In this document: in pieces, positions 56,190-64,000 of the stretch
Numbering within the stretch: position 1 is the first letter of the stretch
How the letters are laid out: each line of letters begins with the position of its first letter
NCBI GenBank assembly: GCA_963749075.1
Contig: CAVVLJ010000004.1
Coordinates: 484,477-548,476 of the forward strand
DNA from: an uncultured Pseudomonadota bacterium
Lineage (GTDB): Bacteria; Pseudomonadota; Alphaproteobacteria; JACZXZ01
DNA: 64,000 nt
Reading direction: 5' to 3'
Notes under the pieces: generated by a model
Databases searched by the model: none
Seen by the model: the letters and a program-made list of their open reading frames with translations, nothing else
Told to the model about the DNA's origin: nothing
Translations under genes and position numbers: made by a program

Positions 56190-57203
56190 ATGGCGACAAA
56201 TCTCGCGGAGCTTCGCACCGTCGTCGGCGCCCTGATGCTCATGGCGCTCGCGGCATTCTCGTCTCCGGCCGCGGCGCAGCGGCCCAGCTCGGTCAATCCG
56301 ACGGCGAGCGCAGTCTCCGAGGAGCAGCTGCTGCAGAAGTTCAAGACGATCCAGGGCCTTGGCAGCATTCCCGACACGAAATCCTATACGCTCGAGCAGC
56401 CCGCAGGCCGCGATTGGCGCCATTTCCACGAAGTGACGCTGCGCTGGGTCGGCGCGGTCGCCATTCTCGGCTCGGCGGCCGTGCTCGTCATCTTCTATCT
56501 CTCGCGCGGCATGGTGCGCATTGATGGCGGGCGGTCCGGACGAAGGATCGTGCGCTTCAATGGCGCCGAGCGGTTGGTGCATTGGATGACGGCAAGCTGC
56601 TTCATCATCCAGGCGTTCTCCGGCCTCAACATCACCTTCGGCAGACCGCTGCTGCTGCCGCTGATGAGCCCCGAGGCCTTCACCGCCTGGTCGGAATGGG
56701 CGAAATACGCGCACAACTATCTGAGCTTTCCGTTCACGCTCGGCGTCGTCCTGATCTTCTTCATGTGGATCGCCGGCAACATTCCGAACCGCGTCGATGT
56801 CGACTGGTTCAAGCGCGGCGCCAGCATCATCGGACACGGCCATCCGCCGGCTTACCGTTTCAACGGCGGCCAGAAGCTGACCTATTGGATCGTCGTGCTG
56901 AGCGGCAGTGCCATGGCCGTCAGCGGCTATGTATTGATATTCCCGTTCTACGGGACGTCGATCGCCACGATGCAGGACGCCGAAATGGTCCACAGCGTGC
57001 TTGCTATGCTGTTCATCGCTATCATGCTCGGTCACATTTATATCGGCACGATCGGCATGGAGGGTGCGTTCGAGGCAATGGGCAAGGGTACCGTGGACGT
57101 CAATTGGGCAAAAGAGCACCACAGTTTGTGGCTTGAAGAGGAAGCCGCTCGCGTCCGGCCCAGTCCCTCTTCGCAACAGCCGACGGCGGCGCCCGGGGAA
57201 TAG
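56190..57203 (+). CDS. Formate dehydrogenase gamma (cytochrome b) subunit
   Basis: RFNGAERLVHW, AHNY, RFNGGQK, GHIYIGTIGMEGA, WAKEHHSLW. Confidence 0.95.
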   Translation: MATNLAELRTVVGALMLMALAAFSSPAAAQRPSSVNPTASAVSEEQLLQKFKTIQGLGSIPDTKSYTLEQPAGRDWRHFHEVTLRWVGAVAILGSAAVLVIFYLSRGMVRIDGGRSGRRIVRFNGAERLVHWMTASCFIIQAFSGLNITFGRPLLLPLMSPEAFTAWSEWAKYAHNYLSFPFTLGVVLIFFMWIAGNIPNRVDVDWFKRGASIIGHGHPPAYRFNGGQKLTYWIVVLSGSAMAVSGYVLIFPFYGTSIATMQDAEMVHSVLAMLFIAIMLGHIYIGTIGMEGAFEAMGKGTVDVNWAKEHHSLWLEEEAARVRPSPSSQQPTAAPGE

Positions 57204-57281
57204 CCGAGAAACGTCCGGTTTGCAATCCGGCGGTTTTGCGCCTGGCCCGCGGCTGCCGTGCGAGGCGTCAAGAAATCATTA

Positions 57282-57725
57282 TGCATGGATCTGTTGGACG
57301 CCGTAGACCGGCAGGATATGACCCTGGGCGCCCCCGCGATGAAGGACGAGCTCAACGCGCTGGAGACCCGCAAGGCGGTGCTTGCGCACGATATCGCGGA
57401 GGCGCCACCAGCCGCGCCACGCCTTCATCCCGCACTCGCCGAGCTCTACCGGAAGAAGGTGGCGGCCCTCGCGGAGGCTCTCAATGCCAACGCCACGCGC
57501 GCCGAGGCCGCAGAGGCGATCCGGGCGCTGAGCGATGAGATCGGATTGGTGGCCGAGAACGGCAAGCTCGAGAGCGAGCTCTCCGGCGCGCTCGCCGGCA
57601 TCCTGGCGCTGGCGTCGGGCAGCAAGAATCCCGGCGCCGTCTCGAGCGCCGGGCTTGAGCAAGTAACGCTGGTTGCGGGGGCTCGCCTTGGCCGAGACCG
57701 ACATTCGTTGGTGGTGGCGATCTAG
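57282..57725 (+). pseudogene. C-terminal remnant of a large serine recombinase
   Basis: RLHPALAELYRKKVAAL, EAAEAIRAL, LSGALAGIL, QVTLVAGAR; catalytic N-terminus absent. Confidence 0.8.
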
Positions 57726-58164
57726 AGGCAGCGGTATCGTGACGCAGGGCGTCAAATACTGGCCGCCAGAGCTACGCCACCTCGGTTAGGCCACATTTGC
57801 CGATGCACCCACCCCTTAAGGCAATAGCGCACAGCGTTGAAGGGCGCGCCGCTTGGAAACGTACACGTGACCGCCGCGTCTCATGACGCGGTCGTTATTC
57901 CTCGAATCTCGATAGCGGTCGGGTCTTGCCTCATTGAGAGGGGCTGGGATTCCGAGGCGGCCCGGCTGGCTTGAACCTGCCGATCGCATTGCCCACATCT
58001 GAGTTAGTTCCGCGGCACCCGAGGCAGGCGCCAACAAAACGGAACTTGATCGATGACCATACTATGGCGTGGCGGCCCGTCGTCCGGACGTAAATCGGTA
58101 CGATCTGCCAGTGCCATGACGGGCACCAGCGTGGTGGCCTCACTGGCTGAGCAAGAACGGTCGC

Positions 58165-58286
58165 TCAAGCTCACGCCGCACCAGCAGCGCGAGGCCGTTA
58201 AGCAGCGTGGGCGTGGCGAGTCCGTGCGCGAGATCGCCCGCAGCTATAACGTCAGCCACAGCACGATTTCAAGGCTGACAGTATGA
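58165..58286 (+). pseudogene. Resolvase/invertase C-terminal HTH remnant
   Basis: KLTPHQQREAVKQRGRGESVREIARSYNVSHSTISRL. Confidence 0.75.
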
Positions 58287-58420
58287 GCGGCGAGAACGAC
58301 GAACGGGTACGCGAGGTTCTGGCCAAGGTGAAGCCGCTCGCGGTCAAATACTACCGCCTGAGTAATAAACCCTTGGGCGTCGCCCGTGAACTGGCTGAGA
58401 GGTGCTGTCACTCGGCATAA
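58283..58420 (+). pseudogene. Truncated DUF6998-like gene
   Basis: VKPLAVKYYRLSNKPLGVARELAE followed by an early stop. Confidence 0.45.
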
Positions 58421-58503
58421 TACCGGCTCTATCGGCCTTCCCAGAGGTACGGTGGTGCTCGAAAGGCGGGACACCGAGGCGAGCCGATTTGCGAGGGGAT
58501 CTT

Positions 58504-59355
58504 ATGACGATTAATGCTCCAGACTTCCGACTGTCTGCGCGTGAATCCTTGATGCGCGCAAAGACTGAACTCAAAGCGAACGATTTGCCTCGGCTCCGTT
58601 ATGCAGCGCTCGAACTGCGCGACGCTATGGAAGCACTGACGTACGATCGCGCGCTGGCCTTTAAGGACTATATCCCCCCCGAGGAATATAAGACTTGGCA
58701 GCCCCGCAAGCTGATGGCGGTGCTCCTCGATATCGATCCTTCGATCGGCATGACATCGACCATCGCCATTGGGCGCACGGAGGAATCTGGCAAGCCCGCG
58801 CCTCGGGAGAACATGACGGTGCTAGGTACCGACGTCGTCTTCACACTCGCAGACCTCAAGGCCCACTACAATGCGGTTGGGTTGTATTTGCACATGCCTT
58901 CACTGGACCAGATTCAGTCCGGGAAGGAGCCAGATTCGGCGAAGCTACAGGAGCTTTGCGAAACCGTCGTCGGTCTAATCGAAAAGGTTCTAAGCTCTCG
59001 TATGTGGAACCCCACCGTGGGGATTACGGCGACGCTCGACCAGTGCATGAACGACGACTGTAAGAAGCCGATTAGAAAGCGGATGCCCTCTGGCAAGCAC
59101 ACGGTTGAGGCGCTGTGTTTTGAGTGCAAGGCCGAATATACGATCACGTCAGAATCGGACGGGCGCGTCCTTTGGATACCGAAGATGATAGACGCTCCTT
59201 GCTCGACGCAAGGCTGCCCCGAAAAGAAGGCCCTGTGGCCCCGCGAGATCACGCCGGGAACCCACTGGCGTTGCTGCACGTGCGGCGCACACAACGGGAT
59301 CGATCTTGTTGTTACCAAAGTCGAAGACGAGAAATCCGACGCGGCGGCTCCGTGA
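58504..59355 (+). CDS. Hypothetical protein with helical N-terminus and tandem Zn-ribbons
   Basis: RYAALELRDAMEAL; CMNDDC, CFEC, CSTQGC, CCTC; visibly lower GC. Confidence 0.8.
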   Translation: MTINAPDFRLSARESLMRAKTELKANDLPRLRYAALELRDAMEALTYDRALAFKDYIPPEEYKTWQPRKLMAVLLDIDPSIGMTSTIAIGRTEESGKPAPRENMTVLGTDVVFTLADLKAHYNAVGLYLHMPSLDQIQSGKEPDSAKLQELCETVVGLIEKVLSSRMWNPTVGITATLDQCMNDDCKKPIRKRMPSGKHTVEALCFECKAEYTITSESDGRVLWIPKMIDAPCSTQGCPEKKALWPREITPGTHWRCCTCGAHNGIDLVVTKVEDEKSDAAAP

Positions 59356-59538
59356 GCTCGACGATAGCCGTCATTGTGGAGGCGGAGTAAGCTCAAGTGT
59401 CCGGCCCGAGTTAGCGGTTCCGCGAAAAGGGGGGGTGGGCAATAGCAGACGATGAAGGACCGCCCGGCGCGACCGGCAAGGGGGGGCCTGCTCGCCCCCG
59501 CTAAGCTCGCGCTCGTGGCCGGCCCCGGGGAGAAGGCA

Positions 59539-60366
59539 ATGGCAAAGTCCGGTGGATTTGGCGACAACGCTTGCGCCGGCATCGACCCAGTGGACCGAAC
59601 GCGCTTGGAAGAGGCGGCGCAGGTCTTCGTGGACGCACATGGGTTATTTATGGAGATCGCAGAATTTGTCGGCACCACCATCATGAACGTCGGGGGTTCT
59701 GCCGTTGGATTTCTCCGGAAACAATTCGACATAGACGTACACGCGAAGGCCGAGGAAATTACCGAGGCGACCCTGTGGGCGATGCAGTCTGGAGCGACGA
59801 TAGGGCTTGACTCAGAAGGCGAGCGGGAGCCGTGGGACTGGTTCAACAAGCTGGTTGTCGTGGCCAGCGGCGGTTCCGGCGGGTTCTTTGGCGCGCCGGG
59901 CCTGATTTGGGACCTACCGATTACAACTGGCGTCATCATGCGCTCGATCGCTGAGATAGCCCGGTCCTTCCCTCACGAGAGCATCACGTCGGATGATACC
60001 AAGCGGGCCTGTATTGAAGTTTTCGCGTTCGGTGGACCGGCGTCCGATGATGATGACGCCGACGCCGGGTATTGGGCAACGCGCGCGGGCTTGAGCCATG
60101 TTACTATCGAGGCCCTGATAAAAGCCGTGGCGGCGCGTTTCGGCGTTGTGCTGAGTGAGAAGGTACTTGCGCAGTCGGTCCCGATTGCCGGAGCCTTGGC
60201 CGGGGCTGGCATGAATTACGCCTTTATCGATTACTACCAGCAAATGGCGCGCGTGCATTTCACTATCCGAGATGTCGAACGGCGTGCACCTGACCCGCCC
60301 GCGGTAAGGCCGTGCTTTAGCCAACTTGTCCGAAAAGTGCGTGAGCAACGCAAGGTGAAGCGCTAA
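59539..60366 (+). CDS. EcsC family protein
   Basis: GGFFGAPGL..DLPITT..IMRSIAEIAR, ACIEVFAFGG, QSVPIAGA, YQQMARVHF. Confidence 0.85.
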   Translation: MAKSGGFGDNACAGIDPVDRTRLEEAAQVFVDAHGLFMEIAEFVGTTIMNVGGSAVGFLRKQFDIDVHAKAEEITEATLWAMQSGATIGLDSEGEREPWDWFNKLVVVASGGSGGFFGAPGLIWDLPITTGVIMRSIAEIARSFPHESITSDDTKRACIEVFAFGGPASDDDDADAGYWATRAGLSHVTIEALIKAVAARFGVVLSEKVLAQSVPIAGALAGAGMNYAFIDYYQQMARVHFTIRDVERRAPDPPAVRPCFSQLVRKVREQRKVKR

Positions 60367-60560
60367 TGCGAACCCTCACGGCCGCCGTACTCATTGCGGC
60401 GCTGTTATCAGCTTGTACGACACCATCGATGTATACGCAGACCTTCGACTTCAAGGAATACCAAGTTGCCCTCACCCTTCAGGGCCGCGCCTACGAGTGC
60501 TTTCTTACCGACGGCGCACTGAAAAATAAGGCTCTTCGGGAAATCGTGTGGGTGGCCTGA
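60366..60560 (+). pseudogene. Lipoprotein gene 5' end, apparently truncated by an ISL3 end
   Basis: Lipobox LLSAC; an ISL3-like terminus starts at 60530 inside the ORF. Confidence 0.5.
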
Positions 60561-60778
60561 GGGGGTAAACGTGGCCGGAAAGCGCATGGCTGTTGAGTTT
60601 CGCGGATATAGCGGGGCGCTGGATTTTAGCATCATGACGGGATGGCCAGATCAGCGAGAAGAGAGCGGCGCCTGGGGGATGCGTATGCGTTCCCGGGCTT
60701 TTCGTCCCGCGCCGACGGTACGTGGCGTGTTCGGCGACCCGAAGGCGCGGATCATCAGCCTTGCCCGACGCTCAAAAC
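60530..60778 (+). mobile_element. ISL3-family left-end remnant
   Basis: GGCTCTTCGGGAAATC terminus after AT-rich AAAAATAA; frameshifted RRLGDAYAFPGF/RPAPTVRGVFGDPKARIISLARRSK. Confidence 0.6.
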
Positions 60779-61070
60779 TAAAGGGAGCCGACCCGAATTT
60801 TGTTTCTGCATCCTTCGATTATCTCTAAACCGTCACTGAATTTGGGGATGGTGATGTGGGTGGCAGTGCTTATTCGGCCATCGAGGGGTTACGGCAGCAG
60901 TTGCTTTTGATGGGCAGTTCCCAGATATCTGCTAAATAGCTTGGACAAGTAAAGCTCAACGTAAGACCTCTTGACCAGTGGCTATCTGGTAAATGTCGGC
61001 TAACGTAACGGCGGGAAAGACGACGAACGCTTTTTAGCCAGGCTGAAACTACACGAGCATCTCTGCGCTG

Positions 61071-61568
61071 GTGCCGGTTCAGAAAGTCTCGAAGAAGCCG
61101 GCAAGGCGGTGTGGGACGTACGGCGAACGGTCCGTTCGAGCGACATACCTGAGATATTGGGAGCAATTGCGGGGCGCGGGCGCCGGCGCGGCAACTGGTG
61201 TCGGTATCATGGCTGCGGGGGCGGCGACCGGTGTATCGGGTGCCGCCGCCTTGACCTCTGGATTAGCGACGGCCGGCGCCTTAGTGGGCGGCGGCATGAT
61301 GGCAGGAATCGGTGTAGTCGCCGCGCCAGCGGTGGTGCTTGGTGTCGGAGGGTATGCACTCCTAGCGAGACGCAATCGAAACAAGCTTAAGCAAGTGCAG
61401 GAGGTCCTCCTGCAAGAGGCTCTGCGTAAGCACGATGCCATCATCCGGCACATTCAAAAGGAGACAACCGCGAGTCGCGAGCGCGTAGAATATCTGGCGG
61501 CGATAAATGCCAAGCTCGCGGACGTAATTCAGAATCTGAGGCAGGACCTTGACCAAGAAGCAGCCTGA
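61071..61568 (+). pseudogene. Gly/Ala-zipper membrane protein with coiled-coil tail (frameshift near 61172)
   Basis: SSDIPEILGAIAG in one frame joins AGAGAATGVG...GGGMMAGIGVVAAP in another. Confidence 0.6.
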
Positions 61569-62900
61569 GCCGACGCCGGCCATTGACGTTGGGCGCGTGC
61601 TTGCGAAACAAGCTCGGGACATCGAAGACGTAGGCGGAGACGTCAGGGCCACCTCGAACGCAACTCGCACTGCGATTGACGCAGCGACGGCGCGGCTAGC
61701 GACCTTGGCCATCGAGGCGCCGTCACATAGTCCAATCATGCATGGAATGCCTCTCGCGTCACGTGATCTCCGCGCGTGGGACGAGCTTGTGGAAGATGCA
61801 AAGGAGATCAAAGAGGGTTTCGAGGCGCTTCTAACCGATGACGAGATTCAACGCGCGCGTCGGCATATTGACCAAATTGGTGACTCCGCGCTGACCGCCA
61901 ACCGCCTTGACCGTTTCGACTATTGTATAGCCGGAGTCGCGGGCGTGCTCGCGGCCCTGGCTGATATTTTCCTAGTCAGAGTGCCGAAGCACCCCGGCTT
62001 CCTGGGAAGCCGTCCCGACGAGGGCGGCTGGCTTTCGAATGAGGTGAAAAGATCGTCGGACGACCCGGAGCAAACGATACGGCATTTGGAGCGCGCCTTC
62101 CCTGTCTCGATACGATCCGTCCACCAACACGATATTGGCGCATGCGGTGCCGCTTCGGCCCCGAACACATCGCTTTCAATCGGTAGGCCACGACCCAATT
62201 CTCGCGTGGATTTTTGGGGTAGCGGACGTGTTACGCGGCACGTTCACCGCAATCGGCAAAGATGGAACGCTTATCATTCAAGCAACGACGACGCAGCCGA
62301 CCAGACGCAGGGCAAGACTTTTTCGTTCGGATTGTTGAAGCGCTTGGGCTTGTTGGCGGGCATCTATTATCGGACGTGAATACCCCTGCCGGCTTACCGC
62401 GCCGCTGAGGCCGTTAGCCTCATTCCTGCAATTTGGAACCATCGGGAAGCACGGCTATTCCGTGGGTGAAGTCGCCCGCCAAATGTACAGGTCTGGGTGT
62501 TATTTCCCACATTTTCTCGGTGGTCGCTGGCCGTCGCAGCGGTCGAAATCATAGTTCGAGGTTCCTGGGTGATTAGACGGCTCCAAGGGGACGCAGTGTA
62601 ATCGGATCGTCCTCCCAGGAGCCGCCAACCCGCGCCTCAGACGTCATTATTCTTGGCGCACACGGTGTCGTCTGCCATCAACGCCGGAAAAGTCGCGGTC
62701 AGCCAGAACCCTCTGGTCAGTTAATTGGGATCAATGGCTCATGTCGTTCGTGACCCGCTTCCCGAGATGAATCGCGTATTAGGTGGTGACGCGAAGCGCC
62801 GGTGGCAGGCGATTGATCAAGAACTGACGATAGATTGGCAAACGCTGTTTGAACAAATCGATCAAACTTGGTCGTCTCAAGATGGCCTAATTGTGCGGTT
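61549..62900 (+). pseudogene. Large conserved hypothetical membrane protein, multiply frameshifted (end approximate)
   Basis: DRFDYCIAGVAGVLAALADIF...HPGFLGS continues in another frame as PRTHRFQSVGHDPILAWIFGVADVLRGTFTAIGKDG; further fragments follow. Confidence 0.55.
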
Positions 62901-63490
62901 ATAGGTCTGAGGTAGACCGTGTCCATATGCTGACTTGACGATTCGGAAGTAGCGTTTCGGAGCAGAGAGATGGTTTCTTCAAATCGCGCGATTTGTGGCC
63001 CGAATTTCGCACCTGCGGCCCGCCCGCCACTCGCATTGAATGGCCGATTTTAGTGCAGACTCGCGAACTTTCCACGGCTGTTCCATGGTCGAATCCCGGC
63101 CGCTCGGTGGTCGAAAATCTTCACGTACTCGCTGCGCCATTACCGCAAGGTTTCGGCACACCCATTGTGCCGGGCCGAGGCTTCGTCCATCGACCCCTGT
63201 GCCACGCTGCGCAAGCCTCGGGCAATTTACAGCTATGCTCGGTATCATAGTAGAGGATAGTACAGCGTAGGAAAGGCGAAGAAGAAAATGAGGGCAGATA
63301 AGCGAACTGCGTCGCGGCACTCTTCTCAGCGCTAAGTACTTGTCTGCACACTGGTTTTTGACCTGCTCGCTGGAGCCATCAGGCCGCGGCATGGAGGCAG
63401 CGTTTCGGTAGTTGCTGATATAGCGCCATCTTCAAGGTGCCATGCGGGAGGCTCTTGCAGGGGCCGCTGTCGCGAATGAATACTTACCAC

Positions 63491-64000
63491 ATGTCCCGCG
63501 ACGACGACATGAGTTTCGCGCCTCGCCTGGGCCGTATCCGCGCCCGAGGAGAGCGTGGCGCGCGCCTGCGATCGACCTACCTTCAGCAAGTCATGCGCGC
63601 CGTCGCCCGCAACGGTGGCGATCCGCGCCGCATCGAGGCAGGCCGCCTGCTGGGCGCGGCGGGCAACCGAGGACCGGCCGGTTTAACGCGCGCGGCCGGG
63701 GCGCCAAGCTCGTCACGTCGTTCCCGCGCGAGAACGGATGGAGCTTCGACCCCGACACCCGCATGCGCTTCCGCGCGCGCCGCGTCATGGTCAAGGCGCG
63801 GGTGGTGAAGATGCGGGGCAGCGGGAGCAAGGCCGCCTATGCCCATCTCCGCTACCTGCAACGCGACGGCGTGACCCTCGACGGCGAGCGCGGCCGGCTC
63901 TACGCCGCACGCGAGAACGAGGTGGACGGGCTCCGGTTCCTCGACCACGGCCAGGACGACCGCCACCAGTTCCGACTCATCGTGGCGCCCGAGGACGGTC
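63491..64000 (+). CDS. rlxS: Relaxase (RlxS/VirD2-DUF3363 type), 5' part, frameshifted near 63640-63670, runs off window
   Basis: FAPRLGRIRARG, then FNARGRG, RRVMVKARVVK, AHLRYLQRDGVT, DRHQFRLIVAPEDG. Confidence 0.85.

Noticed and set aside
57671-57700. tRNA 3'-end att duplication
   Set aside because: TGGTTGCGGGGGC resembles a tRNA acceptor end in reverse, but the T-arm (GGATTTGAACC) does not follow; no tRNA is called.

Overview
GC-rich alphaproteobacterial-type window in two parts. (1) 1-20.3 kb is core-like chromosome: FemAB-like GNAT, RidA, P450, nrdJ with NrdR boxes, NDUFA12-mlaD-mlaD-DUF2155-aat, a MASE4 hybrid kinase and a TetR-controlled ABC/HlyD exporter. (2) From ~20.3 kb to the end is an integrated, partly decayed genomic island. 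It begins at an att-like palindrome that holds an ORF-less group II intron and ends in serine-recombinase, IS and relaxase remnants. The main signal is four fluoride (crcB-type) riboswitches within 15 kb, with no Fluc/CrcB or EriC exporter in the window. They control two divergent six-gene hydrogenase-4-like (Ehr) complexes whose large subunits lack the NiFe-binding CxxC motifs, a tandem pair of MutS-domain-V ATPases, and an uncharacterised Trp-rich 136-aa protein. A Tat-exported formate dehydrogenase cluster with a Cro-HTH/TorD fusion lies next door. All family calls come from reading motifs by eye; no database searches were run.
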